Position numbers and translations under genes: made by a program. 64,000 nt of DNA from Eledone cirrhosa (lineage: Eukaryota). Positions 25,834 to 40,324 of this stretch are shown in pieces. The notes under the pieces are model-generated. The model saw only the letters and a list, made by a program, of their open reading frames with translations. It was not told the DNA's origin and did not search any database. How positions within the stretch are numbered: position 1 is the stretch's first letter; each line of letters opens with the position of its first letter. The stretch is taken from contig OZ024755.1 of NCBI GenBank assembly GCA_964016885.1, positions 32,364,001-32,428,000 on the forward strand, given 5' to 3'.

Positions 25834-27000
25834 GTGTGTGGGTGTGTGTATGCGTGTGTGTGTGTCTGTATGTGAGTGTGTGTGAGTTTGAGAGTGTATG
25901 TGTGTATGCATGTCTATGTGTGAGTGGGTTTGAGAGGGGATGTGTGTATGTATGCGTGTGTATCTGTGTGTGTCTGTATGTGAGTGTGTGTGGGTTTGAG
26001 AGGGTATGTGTGTATGTATGCGTGTGTGTCTGTATGTGAGTGTGTGTGGGTTTGAGAGGGTATGTGTGTATGTGTGTCTGTGTGTCTGTATGTGAGTGTG
26101 TGTGGGTTTGAGAGGGTATGTGTGTATGTATGCATATGTGTGTGTGTGTCCCTGTGTGTGAGTGTGTGCATGCGTTTGTCTTAATTCCCTTTTATAATCA
26201 ATTATAAATTAAATCCCATATTTATTGACTGTCTTGCACACACACACACGCATGCTGACACACATACACACATACACACGCATGCTGACACACATACACA
26301 CACATGCTGACACACATACACACATGTACACACATACACACACATGCTGACACACATACAGACATATGTACACACACACCCGCATGCTGACAAACATACA
26401 CACATATGTACACACAAACGCATGCTGACACACATACACACACACACGCATGTTGACACACATACACACACACATGCATGCTGACACACATACACACATG
26501 CTGACACATACGCACATATGTACACACACATACACACATGTACACATACACACGCATGCTGACACACATACACACATATGTACACACACACATGTACACA
26601 TACACACACATGCTGACACACATACACACATATGTACACACACACACGCATGCTGACACACATACACACATATGTACACTCACACACGCACATGCTGACA
26701 CACATGTACACATACACACACGCAAGCTGACACACATACACACATATGTACACATACACACGCATGCAGACACATGCTGACACACATACGCACATATGTA
26801 CACGCACATGTACACATACACACATACACACATGCTGACACACATACACACATATATACACACACACGCAAGCTGACACACATACACACATATGTACACA
26901 CACACATGCTGACACACATACACACATATGTACACATACACACACACACAGATGCTGACACACATACACACATATGTACACATACACATACAAATGTACA
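25834..27000. repeat. Compound TG-rich then CA-rich mini/microsatellites
   Basis: TG-rich 25834-26170; CACATGCTGACACACATA-type units at 26237-27000. Confidence 0.9.
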
Positions 27001-27027
27001 TGACAATGTATGAGTGTCATGTACATT

Positions 27028-27385
27028 TGTGGTTGTGTAGGTGTCACGACAAAACGCACCCAGTCCACACTGTAAAGTGGTGGTGTAGGTGTCATAACAA
27101 AAAGCACCCAGTCCACACTATAAAGTGGTTGTGTAGGTGCCACGACAAAAAGCACCCAGTCGACACTGTAAAGTGGTTGTGTAGGTGCCACAACAAAAAG
27201 CACCCAGTTGACACTGTAAAGTGGTTGTGTAGGTGCCACGACAAAAACCACCCAGTTGACACTGTAAAGGGGTTGGTATTAGCAACGACATCGAACCATA
27301 GAAACCAAGCAAGAAACAGTCCTGTATGAGATAGACATGGTCATCTGATTTGGCTTGTCTGAAAGGGACAACTCATCTAACCATA
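27028..27385 (+). repeat. RTE-tail-derived element with 49-bp array (about 5 copies)
   Basis: Unit GTGGTTGTGTAGGTGCCACGACAAAAAGCACCCAGTCGACACTGTAAA. Confidence 0.8.
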
Positions 27386-27389
27386 TATA

Positions 27390-27846
27390 TAAATATATAC
27401 ACAAAACACACACATATATATATATATAAACAAGACATATATATATATAACTATATACACAAGACACATATATATATATAACTATATACACAAGACACAT
27501 ATATATATATATATAACTATATACACAAGACACATATATATATATATATAACTATATAAACAAGACATATATATATATATAACTATATACACAAGACACA
27601 TATATATATATAACTATATACACAAGACACACATATATATATAACTATATACACAAGACACATATATATATATAACTAAATACACAAGACACATATATAT
27701 ATATAACTATATACACAAGTTCATATATATATATAAATATATAACTATATACACAAGACCATATATATATAAATATATACACAAGACCATATATATATAA
27801 ATATATACACAAGACCATATATATATAAATATATACACAAGAATAT
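27390..27846. repeat. About 30-bp AT-rich minisatellite (ATAACTATATACACAAGACACATATAT...)
   Basis: Direct reading. Confidence 0.85.
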
Positions 27847-28324
27847 ATATACTTGTATGTATAAATAATTGTATATATAGTTATATATATTCTTGTGTAA
27901 AAAGGCCGATCGACTTTCGTCAAATCGGACCGAGGAAACAATGTTTCCGTTGGTCTTTCCAATTGCTAATACTATCTATCGGTTGCAACTCCAGGTAGAA
28001 GAAGCAACGTGAAATAAAGTGTCTTGCTCAAGGACATAACGCATCGCCTGGTCCAGGAACCGAACTCACAACCTCAGAATTGGATTCACAATCTTGAGGT
28101 TGTGAGTTCAATTCCCAGACCGGGTGATGCGTTATGTCTTTGAGCAAGACACTTTATTTCACATTACTCCTTCTACCTGGAGTTGCGACCGATAGATAGT
28201 ACTAGCAACTGGAAAGACCAATGGAAACATTGTTTCCACGGTCCGATTTGACAAAAGTCGATCGATCCTTTTACACAAGAATATATATAACTATATATAC
28301 AATTATTTATACATACAAGTATAT
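27847..28324. repeat. Large inverted repeat made of two head-to-head SINE-D copies plus identical flanks
   Basis: Arms at about 27847-28076 and 28095-28324. Confidence 0.85.
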
Positions 28325-28380
28325 ACATCTACATACACAAGAATATATATAACTATATATACAATTATATATGTACATAC

Positions 28381-29015
28381 AGATGTTGTTTACTCGAGAG
28401 AAGACTACGTTGGTATGGTCACGTGATGCGCATGAAAGACGACAGCTGTATAAAAAAGTGCAGGGCAATAAAAATAGACGGAAGCCACGGAGTAGGCAGA
28501 CCCAGAAAAACTTGGGACGACTTGATAAATTCAGACCTCACACACTTACACCTCTCCAAGACAATGTCACTAGACCAAGACCTTTGGTGCTACACAGTAA
28601 TACAGAAGACCCGCCTTACCTAAGTACAAAGTGAAACCTACTACAGTCAGTAGGCACCTCTAACAAAATACACCCCCGTCCCACTACCCCACCCCATCCA
28701 CACCACCCCTTTCAATGTAAAGTTATGTTGGTACCACAACATCCAGTTCGAAACAAATGAGGTTGTGTAGATGTCACGACAAAAAAACACACAGTCCACG
28801 CTGTAATGTGGCCGTGTAGGTAACACGGTAAAAACCTCCCAGTCCACACTGTAAACGTGGTTGGTGTTAGGAAGGGCATCCGGCCGTAGAAAACCCGCCA
28901 GACAGTCCTATGTGAGCAAGACAACCACTCTTGCCTCAAGTGGGAAAACTCCCGTCCAAACCCATGCAAGCGTGGAAGATGGACGTTAAACGATGATGAT
29001 GATGATGATGATGAT
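28381..29015 (+). mobile_element. 5'-truncated RTE-a LINE 3' end
   Basis: MRMKDDSCIKKCRAIKIDGSHGVGRPRKTW...TRLT, 3'UTR and (GAT)n. Confidence 0.9.
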
Positions 29016-29047
29016 ACAGATATATACATTTACATACACAAGAATAT

Positions 29048-29349
29048 ATGGCTTAGTGGTTAGTGCATTGGGTTTGCAATCGAAAGGTTGTGAGTTCAAT
29101 TCTCAGACCGGATGATGTGTTGTTTCCTTGAGCAAGACACTTTATTTCCCATTGCTCCAGTTTACTCAGCTGTAGAAATGAGATGATAGGGACTGGGGTC
29201 CCTATCATTCCACTGCAAAGTGGTCGTGGAGGTGCCACAACAAAAAAGCACCCAGCCCACACTGTAAATGAGGTTGGTGTTAGGAAGGGCATCAAGTCAG
29301 AATCAGTTCCCGTCCCACCCTTGCAAGTGGACATAAAATGATGATGATG
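29048..29349 (+). mobile_element. SINE family C (small internal deletions)
   Basis: Matches the family C consensus. Confidence 0.82.
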
Positions 29350-30476
29350 ATATATACGTACAAATATATACATCTACACACACAAGGCACATATACAGCT
29401 ATATATACACAAGACACACATATAACTATACTCACAAGAATATATATGACTATATATACAGTTATATATACATACAGATATATACATTTACATACACAAG
29501 ATTATATACACATATATAACTATATTCACAAGAATGTATACATACAGACATCTACATCTACATACACAAGGCACATATACAGCTATACTCACAAGAATAT
29601 ATATAACTAGATATACATAAAGACATAATTTTAAATGAAATGCAATAAATCCAGCAGATAAGATCAATAACTTTTTTCAGTAAGCTACAATTGTTGATTG
29701 TCTCTATGAATTTGTCTCAGGTAGCATTGAAAAGAGATCTAGATGCTTCTAGTTAGGAGTCAAATGAAACTGACCTATCCTATTCAATCATCAACTACAA
29801 AGCTGTTTGAAATATTTATGCTGCCAATAAAAGATGACACCAAGCATTGAAACTAATGTTGTTGTGTTTGAACAGTGTCGTTGGGTTAGAAGCCTAGCAA
29901 GGAAACCTTTTAACTATCAGCAATATTTCTTTTTGTTTTACAGTCATAATAATAATGTTAACAACAACAATTGCAGCAGTGAATAGGGGTCGTGTCAGCA
30001 GAAAATTAAGACGTAATAATAGGGACTTCTTTTATTGGAGAAAGGTCAACAAATGAGGAAGAAAAGCAATGTTAAAAAAACAAATGGCGGCTTTTAAAAT
30101 ATGTGTGGACAAAATAGCAAAATATAATGTAAAAAACATGATTTCTAATATAGGAAGAAATTTTTTCAGAAGATTTTGTCAATTTCATTATTGCTATAGT
30201 TAATCTATTTGTTTAACCATTTTACGGCTATTTATTCAATCAACTCAGGAAGGATGAAATTCAAAGTCAAGTATTTGAACTCAGAACAGAACAGGATTTT
30301 GTTTGTTGGTTCAACGATTTTATTGTCCACTGTTTCAATAATAATAATATTAACAATAGGGACACAATTGGCTGATTACCAATTACTTGGCTTTGATTTA
30401 TTCACCGATACCAATTAATCGGCCATTAATCATCCTCATCGCCACCAATACCAGCACCTCTACCACCACCATCATT

Positions 30477-31328
30477 CGGCCAGAATTCTTTCACCTGTTT
30501 GTCCTCAAAACGGCCGTAACTGGCCACTCATACTGATGTTAAGGTACTGTTCTCAATATAAATAACATCAAAATCTCATAGATTCAATGTTATGTGAGAT
30601 AATTATGTAAGATAAAGCCTTTACCGTGAAAATACAATAGTATATACTGAGTAATGTAAATGTTATGCAATATAATTATGTAAGATAAAGCCTTTACCGT
30701 GAAAATACAATAGTATATACTGAGTAATGTAAATGTTATGCAATATAATTATGTAAGATAAAGCCTTTACCATGAAAATACAATAGTATATATAGAGTAA
30801 TGTAAATGTTATGTGAGATATTATGTGAGGTAAAGCCTTTACCGTGAAAATACAATAGTATATATAGAGTAATGTAAATGTTATGTGAGATAATTATGTA
30901 AGATAAAGCCTTTACCGTGAAAATACAATAGTATATATAGAGTAATGTAAATGTTATGTGAGATAATTATGTGAGGTAAAGCCTTTACCGTGAAAATACA
31001 ATAGTATATATAGAGTAATGTAAATGTTATGTGAGATATTATGTGAGGTAAAGCCTTTACCGTGAAAATACAATAGTATATATAGAGTAATGTAAATGTT
31101 ATGTGAGATAATTATGTAAGATAAAGCCTTTACCGTGAAAATACAATAGTATATATAGAGTAATGTAAATGTTATGTGAGATAATTATGTGAGGTAAAGC
31201 CTTTACCGTGAAAATACAATAGTATATATAGAGTAATGTAAATGTTATGTGAGATATTATGTGAGGTAAAGCCTTTACTGTGAAAATACAATAGTATATA
31301 TAGAGTAATGTAAATGCTAAAGGGCTAA
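30477..31328 (+). mobile_element. Family M MITE with about 10 copies of the 72-73-bp unit
   Basis: MITE body; right TIR TAAATGCTAAAGGG. Confidence 0.82.
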
Positions 31329-31704
31329 GGGAAAAAGGTGTGAAGACAGATAGAAGTCTAAGAGAAAGAAAGATAAGTTCAAAAAGTGGATAAGAAGAGT
31401 CTATTTTTCATTAGTGAAGAGTTTAGTTGAACATATAGACCCTCAGTATTTATTTTAGTCTGTTATTTATCTAATTCTATTTGTTGAACTACTAAATTAC
31501 ACGGAAGAAAGAGACAACACCTACAATATATAGAGTAATGTAAATGCTAAAGGGTTCAAAATGAGAAAGTTAGTTATATTGATAATATTTCCAAATTATT
31601 GATTATTTGAAAATCATAGGCAGTGAATTTCATTAGAAATATGGTAATGAAAGGGTTAATGGAGGCCTTGTTTTCAATTATAATATACAGAATATTGATC
31701 GTGT

Positions 31705-32300
31705 ATGTGTCATGACAAAAAGTACCCAGCACACACTGTAAATGTGGTTGGCATTACGAAGGGCATCCAGCTGTAGAAAACCAGCCCCCAAACACCCAGT
31801 CCACACTGTAAAGTGGACATGTAAAAGACAACACAAAGCACCCAGCACACACTGTTTATGTGGTTGGCGTTAGGAAGGTCATCCAGCCATAGAAAACCAG
31901 CCAGAAACTCTCCTATATGAGCGAGACATGGTCACCCGACCCAACTTGCCTCTAATTGGGACAAACCTGTCTAGCCCATGCTAACGTGGAAGATAGATGT
32001 TAATTGACAATGACGAGTTGAGAGAGAAACTGTGTATAAGTGAGATAAGTTGTAGTGTGCAGGAGAGAAGACTGCGATGGTATGGACAATTGATGCACAT
32101 GGAGGATGACCGCTGGGTAAGAAGTGCCAAGAAATCCCAGTAGAAGGAAGACGCAGTAGAGGAAGACCATGAAAACATGGGTGGAGGTGGTGAGAGCAGA
32201 CTTCAGATTGCTGAAACTCACGGAGAAGGTGACAAGTGCAGAGATGCTGTGCTGAATAGGACCCATCCCACCCTTGCAAGCAGGGAAAAGCGGACATAAA

Positions 32301-32333
<33 letters not shown>
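31705..32333 (+). mobile_element. RTE 3'UTR fragment followed by 3' end of a second RTE family (RTE-b)
   Basis: About 32015-32180 translates with frameshifts to ELREKL...QERRLRWYG...VEGRRSRGRP. Tail CCCTTGCAAGCAGGGAAAAGCGGAC(TGA)n matches the SINE-C tail. Confidence 0.75.
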
Positions 32334-32334
<1 letters not shown>

Positions 32335-32550
32335 GTATCTCTTTAATATTGTGAATATCTTCAAATATAGAAGATGTTTAGGTTTCTGAATAAAAAAAAA
32401 ACTGAAGCCGGGAAAAATATTCCTTATTAGTTGAATGCTGAGTTATCTAGAATTTCAACTATAATAGAATATGTCTAATCTGAAAAGTTCAACAGCAATT
32501 GGATAAAAAGAAGTTTTAAGCTGCTTATTCTAATCCTAAGTAATAGCAAT

Positions 32551-34188
32551 TTAACCCTTTAGCATTAACATTCCTCTATATTTACTATTGTATTTTCATG
32601 AGAAAGACTTTACCTCACATAATATAGAATCTATGAGATTTTGATATTATTCATTTTATATTATGTGAGATAATTATGTGAGGTAGAGACTACTGTAAAT
32701 ATACAATAGTATATATAGAGTAATGTAACTGTTGATTGGGTTAAACTGGCCGTATCTGACTAGAATTCTCTCACCTCTTTCTGTTCAAACATATTTTATA
32801 GTTTAGTGATGTAAGTTTATCTGGAACTTTTACCAGAATTTTCCCTCTCAGACTATTCATTGGGGGTGTTTAATCTAAAGGGTTAAACCATTCTTAGCAT
32901 TTAACCCAGCCATATCCGGCCAGAATTCTCTCACCTCTTTCTGTTCAAACCAGCCGCTCATACTGATGTTAAAGTAATGTTCTTAAAATAAATAACATGA
33001 AAATCTCATAGATTTGATATTATGTGAGATAATTATGTGAGGTAAAGCCTTTACTGTGAACATATAATAGTATATATAGAGTAATGTAAATGTTATGTGA
33101 GATATCATGTGAGGTAAAGCCTTTACTGTGAAAATACAATAGTATATATAGAGTAATGTAAATGTTATGTGAGATATTATGTGAGGTAAAGCCTTTACTA
33201 TGAAAATATAATAGTATATATAGAGTAATGTAAATGTTATGTGAGATATTATGTGAGGTAAAGTCTTTACTGTGAAAATACAATAGTATATATAGAGTAA
33301 TGTAAATGTTATGTGTGATAATTATGTGAGGTAAAGCCTTTACTGTGAAAATACAATAGTATATATAGAGTAATGTAAATGTTATGTGAGATATTATGTG
33401 AGGTAAAGCCTTTACTGTGACAATACAATAGTATATATAGAGTAATGTAAATGTTATGTGAGATATTATGTGAGGTAAAGTCTTTACTGTGAAAATACAA
33501 TAGTATATATAGAGTAATGTAAATGTTATGTGTGATAATTATGTGAGGTAAAGCCTTTACTGTGAAAATACAATAGTATATATAGAGTAATGTAAATGTT
33601 ATGTGAGATATTATGTGAGGTAAAAGCCTTTACTGTGAAAATACAATAGTATATATAGAGTAATGTAAATGTTATGTGAGATATTATGTGAGGTAAAGCC
33701 TTTACTGTGAAAATATAATAGTATATATAGAGTAATGTAAATGTTATGTGAGATATTATGTGAGGTAAAGCCTTTACTCTGAAAATACAATAGTATATAT
33801 AGAGTAATGTAAATGTTATGTGTGATAATTATGTGAGGTAAAGCCTTTACTGTGAAAATACAATAGTATATATAGAGTAATGTAAATGTTATGTGAGATA
33901 TTATGTGAGGTAAAAGCCTTTACTGTGAAAATACAATAGTATATATAGAGTAATGTAAATGTTATGTGAGATATTATGTGAGGTAAAGCCTTTACTGTGA
34001 AAATATAATAGTATATATAGAGTAATGTAAATGTTATGTGAAATATTATGTGAGGTAAAGACTTTACTGTGAAAATATAATAGTATATATAGAGTAATGT
34101 AAATGTTATGTGAGATATTATGTGAGGTAAAGCCTTTACTATGAAAATATAATAGTATATATAGAGTAATGTAAATGGTAAATGGTTA
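32551..34188 (+). mobile_element. Cluster of family M MITE pieces; main copy (about 32890-34188) has about 16 copies of the 72-73-bp unit
   Basis: TIR-like ends and periodic unit. Confidence 0.82.
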
Positions 34189-35364
34189 AAGAAATATTGC
34201 ATGGAAGTGTCATTTTAGCCATTCAAAAACAAACAGAAACTTAAGTTCACTTTACATTTATCATTTATTTATTAATACCAACATTATCATCACATTCTGA
34301 TGTGGTCACTGGCACAGACCCTCACTTGCTGAGGAAATATTTTTCCCACAGAAAGGTTTTAAAATAGCAATTAAACGACAGTTTAAGCTATTCTCCAGAA
34401 AACCTTTGCACTTTACTGGGAAAGAGAATGTAGCTTTCTTTTGCTTCGAATGCAACCTCTTAAATTTATGTAAATAATAAAACAAAAAAGAAACAGACCC
34501 CCCAAAAAAACAAAACAAAAAACAAACAAACAAACAAAAAAACAAAAAAAACAAAAACAAAAAACAAAGCAAAACATTTTATAACCTGATATTGCAAGTG
34601 AAGAAAAATCTGAATCTTAAAAATTGAAATAAAATAAAAACAATTATGGAATTTGATATCACCACTAAAGATAAAGATAATATTTGATACATTTACACAT
34701 GTAAAAAAGAAAAAAATGCTATCAGTTAAACAAAAACGAACTACGAAAAGATCTAAAGAAAATTACAAGAGAAATGAAAGTCACTAAAAAGAAAGGTAAA
34801 GAAAACTACTAATATAATATCATCTATAATTTAAAAAAATTTGGTAGAATAAATAAAAAAAAAAATGATAATACAAATAATAAAAACTAGAAATTTGATA
34901 TCACAATTAAATTTGTTCAAAGCTTTAGTGTTGCAATAATTCAATCAATTTTTGTTTGAAAATAATTCGTCCAATAGATCAGTGTATCTACTTTAGTTTT
35001 TACTATTGATTATTATTGAGTGTTTTTCAAGTCTTTTTTCTATCATAATTGAATTGGGCTGAGGAGATGAATGACTTTTATCGAAAAACAAAATAATGTT
35101 ACATAAACTATGTACTAGACACTATGCACGTTTTTAATGTTAGCTATTTGTATAATAAAGTAATTATCTGCTTCAGATATAGCTGTGAAATGTTAATAAT
35201 CTACTCCTTCTAAAATGTTTGAACACACACACACACACAAATATGTACAATTGTAAGGAATGCTATATTGTTATGAGCTTATACATAATATAGTCTATAA
35301 TATATTTATAGAAATAAATGTATAAGAAAGAAATTTATGCACACAGAGATACACAAATATATGT

Positions 35365-36250
35365 GTCTGACACACGTGGACATGCCTACAAAGACAGAAA
35401 ACAAGCATATCTCCCAAGACTTTTGGAAACATTTTTTCATGCTCAGGGTTGCTGAAGCATGGAACAAACTACCTGCATCAGTTGTTAGCTGTCGAGACAC
35501 TGCATCCTTTAAAACCTCAATGGAACAAACTACCTGCATCAGTTGTTAGCTGTTGAGACACTGCATCCTTTAAAACCTCCATGGAACAAACTACCTGCAT
35601 CAGTTGTTAGCTGTCGAGACACTGCATCCTTTAAAACCTCTATGGAACAAACTCCCTGCATCCGTTGTTAGCTGTCGAGACACTGCATCCTTTAAAACCT
35701 CCATGGAACAAACTACCTGCATCAGTTGTTAGCTGTCGAGACACTGCATCCTTTAAAACCTCCATGGAACAAACTACCTGCATCAGTTGTTAGCTGTCGA
35801 GACACTGCATCCTTTAAAACCTCCATGGAACAAACTACCTGCATCAGTTGTTAGCTGTCGAGACACTGCATCCTTTAAAACCTCCATGGAACAAACTACC
35901 TGCATCAGTTGTTAGCTGTCGAGAGACTGCATCCTTTAAAACCTCCATGGAACAAACTACCTGCATCAGTTGTTAACTGTCGAGACACTACATCCTTTAA
36001 AACCTCCATGGAACAAACTACCTACATCAGTTGTTAACTGTCGAGACACTGCATCCTTTAAAACCTCCATACTTCCTGAAATTCGCCAACACTACACCTG
36101 ATGTCCCCCCTCCATACACATGTATATTATGACTCATACACTGTTCACTTTCCTGACATTTGTACATTATTCTATGTATTATACATGCACCTTTGATGAG
36201 TTGTAGTGCACCTAAGCACTGTACACAATAATTTCATTATTATATTATTA
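35365..36250 (+). mobile_element. CR1-type LINE 3' end with 61-bp tandem array (10 copies, 35459-36069)
   Basis: HFFMLRVAEAWNKLPASVV is a typical CR1 ORF2 C-terminus (FF..RV...WN.LP). The 3'UTR matches the element at 48.6 kb. Confidence 0.85.
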
Positions 36251-36334
36251 TAAATGCTGAAAAAAATATACTTGAAAACACCTATATGTGCCTTATAAAT
36301 ATATTTTTTAAAACAAATGAACCTTACACAGCAT

Positions 36335-37110
36335 ATCATCATCATCATCGTTTAACATTTTACATCTTACATCTTACATGCTAGCATGGGTTAGATGGTT
36401 TTGTTCCTTTTGATGCGGGATTGGTTGGGAGACCGTGTCTTGCTTGTATGGAACTGTCTCTGGCAGGTTTTTTACAGCTGGATGACCTTCCTAACACCAA
36501 CCACATTTACAGTGTGGACTGAGAGCCTTTTTACCGTGTTTCCTACATGGCCATATTACAGTGTGGACTGGGCGCTTTTTACCGTGTCTCCTACACAACC
36601 ACTTTACAGTGTGGACTGGGTGCTTTTTACTGTGTCTCCTACACGACCACTTTACAGTGTGGACTGAGAGCCTTTTTACCGTGTCTCCTACACGACCACT
36701 TTACAGTGTGGACTGAGCGCTTTTTACTGTGTCTCCTACACAACCACTTTACAGTGTGGACTGGGTGCTTTTTACTGTGTCTCCTACACGACCACTTTAC
36801 AGTGTGGACTGAGCGCTTTTTACTGTGTCTCCTACACAACCACTTTACAGTGTGGACTGGGAGCCTTTTTACCGTGTCTCCTACACGACCACTTTACAGT
36901 GTGGACTGGGAGCCTTTTTACCGTGTCTCCTACACAACCACTTTACAGTGTGGACTGGGTGCTTTTTACTGTGTCTCCTACACGACCAGTTTACAGTGTG
37001 GACTGGGACCTTTTTTACCGTGTCTCCTACATGACCACTTTACAGTGTGGACTGAGAGCCTTTTTACCGTGACACCTACACGACCACTTTACAGTGTGGA
37101 CTGGGAGCTT
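36335..37110 (-). repeat. RTE-tail-derived element with about 49-bp array (about 12 copies)
   Basis: (CAT)n tail and RTE motifs; unit CCACTTTACAGTGTGGACTGGGAGCCTTTTTACCGTGTCTCCTACACGA. Confidence 0.85.
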
Positions 37111-38376
37111 TTTGTTGTGTCACAGACACAGTGGATGGAAATGGGAAGATGGGGTAGGGTGTGTGGGGTGGGGTGTATATTGGGTTAAGCATATATACAT
37201 ATATACTTTATAAAATTTTATAAAACAATCCATGTAAATCTTCAAAATGGTTTCTGATTTAGGCACAAGGCCAGCAATTTTTGGGGTGGGGCAAGTCGAT
37301 TAAATGGACCCTTGTGCGTGACTGGTACTTTATTTTATTTGACCCTGTAAGGATGAAAGGCAAAGCTAACCTCGGCTGGATTTGAACTCAAAGCATGGTG
37401 TCTGATGCTCTACCAATCTCAAATTTCTCAGTAGTTGTAAGTTATTCCATTTTCTGAAGTTTTGCCATCAACTATTTGCCGATTCAGGCCGCATCTTGTT
37501 TTCTTGCATTCTGCAGTTTCAACTCTACATTACACAAAGGAACACCATGTGGTGGCTTGACTTGCTAGAAATAACAGCCAGATTCCCACAAACTGCACTC
37601 TACCATCTTAAAAAGGGAAGGTCACATAGTTCTAGATACCTCTAAAAAGATGGGCTGTTCAAGATGGAATGCCTTTGATAATAAGACTGCTCAAACATGA
37701 CCTGGGACTAAATAACAACCACCACCACCATACCACCACCATCCTAATACCAAACACAACACTGCTTGAATTGTATATAGATGCAATGCTAGGTTATTGT
37801 AATTTAAGTTTGTTTCAATGTCTCAAAGACTACACAATGAAAGCTCTATTATGTTGGAATATAAAATCTGTGTTATTGATTCTACAGAATGAATTCTCTA
37901 CCACATCAGTAATGGATACCTGACAGATAAATGGAATAACAAAGCATGCAACCTGTTTTCTTTATTCTGCGGTTAGGGACTGTGTCAAATATACATGTAA
38001 AGGAACACAACAGCAAAAAACAAATTTACTGAGTGTAAAAACTTTCATGTATTGGATAACTGCAACATATTTTCTTACACATTGATAAAATACAACAAAT
38101 ATTCAAAGCTTTACTATAGATATAACAGCTTGTGGTCTGTAGATCATAATGTTAGTATTGTATGGCTTCCATAATAATTTATAGAATAAGTTCAGTGTAA
38201 CCTTTGATCTGAGGATCATGTAGCAACCATGTTTATTAGTATTCATAAAAAATAAACTTATTCAAATTGAGATTCGGCCAGTTCTGTTGATGTTTCTAGA
38301 TATGAAATGTTTTTTTTTTTTAATTTAAAGTATGATGTAAAAGAACACTACTTCAGCAATAATTCTGAAACATGTT

Positions 38377-38743
38377 TAACCCTTTAGTATTTGCATTATT
38401 CTATAGATACAACCAGTTTAAATGCTAATGGGTTAAACCTTAGCATTTACATTACTCTATATATATTATTGTATTTTTGCAGAAAGAGGTGACAGAATTG
38501 TGGCCAAATATAGCCAGTTTAAATGCTAAAGGGTTAAAAGGAAAGAGGCGAGAGAACTCTGGCTGGATATGGCCGGTTTAAATAGAAAGAGGTGAGAGAA
38601 TGCTGGCTGGATATGGCCAGTTTAAATGCTAAAGGGTTAAACAGAAAGAGGTGATAGAATTCTGGCTGGATACGGCCAGTTTAAATAGAAATAGGTGAGA
38701 GAATGTTGGCTGGATACAGCCAGTTTAAATGCTAAAGGGTTAA
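38377..38743 (-). mobile_element. Cluster of deleted or duplicated family M termini
   Basis: Four TAAATGCTAA(A/T)GGGTTAA ends within 370 bp. Confidence 0.7.
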
Positions 38744-39339
38744 TTTAGATTATGTTTGATTATTGTTGGTATTTTTTACCAATAGTTTTACTCTAATGAA
38801 GTTGGTGTTAGGAAGGGCATCCAGCTGTAGAAATCAAGCCAGAATCAGTTCCCGTATGAGCAAGATATGGTCACTTGACCTGGCATTGCCTACAACAGGA
38901 CAACCCGTCTAACCTATGCTAGCGTGGAAGAATGGATGTAAAACGGTGATGATCATGATCATGATGATGATGGATGGATCGCTATGTTACCACTCAGAGA
39001 GATTTATTTTACAAACAAACATTAGTAAAAAAATATTGTAGTGAAAGAATACAGCAGCATACATGCTTCAGTCTTCTTAGACTTGTTTGGTAAACTTAGA
39101 TTTTATCAGTACTTGCCAGACATAAGATAACTGAGAGATATAACAAGCAGGACTGATTAAAGACTTATAGGTTGAACAATGCAACAAAATGTATTTAAAA
39201 ATAGTCAGTTTGGAAGCCTCTACAATGCAGATGGGTAAATCTTCTGGCAATGAAATCCAGTGACAATAGGAGAAGGAAAATGAAAATTAATGTACAAGGT
39301 GTAAGGAGAAAGGAAAAAAAATGCCTGAGTCTATGTACT

Positions 39340-39554
39340 TTAACCCTTTAGAATTTAAACTGGCTATATCCGGCCAGAATTCTCTCATTCTTTCTGTTCA
39401 AACTGGCTATAACTGGCTGCTCATACTGAAGATAAGGTATTGTTCTCAAAATAGATAACATCAAAATCTCATAGATTCGATATTATGTGAAGTAAAGCCT
39501 TTACCATGAAAATACAATAGTATATATAGAGTAATGGAAATGCTAAAGGGTTAA
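39340..39554 (+). mobile_element. Family M MITE, unexpanded monomer (about 207 bp between the TTAAs)
   Basis: TTAA-CCCTTTAGAATTTA ... AAATGCTAAAGGG-TTAA with a single internal unit. Confidence 0.85.
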
Positions 39555-40324
39555 AGATTTATTAGACCCTATATTTCAGATTCGCATCCATCAATGGGAG
39601 TGGTTTTCTGAAGGGAAAATAAACATGTTGTTGAATGTTGCTGGTTGTACGATTCTGCTGACAATTGATGGTTATTCGTTATACTTGTGCATGCGTGGCT
39701 GTACGTTCTGTTTAAAAATTTGGGGTTATTTGTTGGAGTTGCGCATGCGTGGGGTAAACGAAATGTATTTGTTTTGCAAAGTTTTTAATATGAAATCATG
39801 TGTTGAAACAGATATTGTTATATTTAGGAAGAGTCATGTTGTTCTAATATTATGTGAAAAATATAGTAAAACACAACGGGAGGAAACATAGAAACATGAT
39901 AATCATGTAAGCCCCATGTATACCAGGGGACAACAATATTTGAATTAATTAATGAAGAATTTGAAAGGATTTACTAAAAATATTAATTATTTCAATTTAA
40001 CGATTGTATTTTTAACATAATTCAACAAAAGGTTCTTATAGCAAGTTATGTTGGGAGATTTTCATTTAAATAGAAACCCTTTGGAATGAGTGATTTTGTT
40101 TCATAGAACCAGAGGCGGTTTGGGGCAGGCTGGTATCAAAAGGGTTAAAAATATATTATTTTTCTTAGCACTGATGTAATTCCACAGATTCTTCTTCCTT
40201 TGCTTTTTGCCCCTTTTATTAAAAAGGTTACCATTACCCATTTAGGCCTCTGTATACAATAACAGTTTGTGCAGAAGTGTGTAATTAGATGGGCACAAAC
40301 AATTGTAATGTGAAAATGCAAGAA

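Noticed and set aside
34306-34572. Minus-strand ORF following a pyrimidine-rich tract (possible exon)
   Set aside because: No recognisable protein similarity or convincing splice pair.
35459-36069. Regular arrays as possible CRISPR arrays
   Set aside because: Units are contiguous with no unique spacers, there are no cas genes, and the context is eukaryotic TE sequence.
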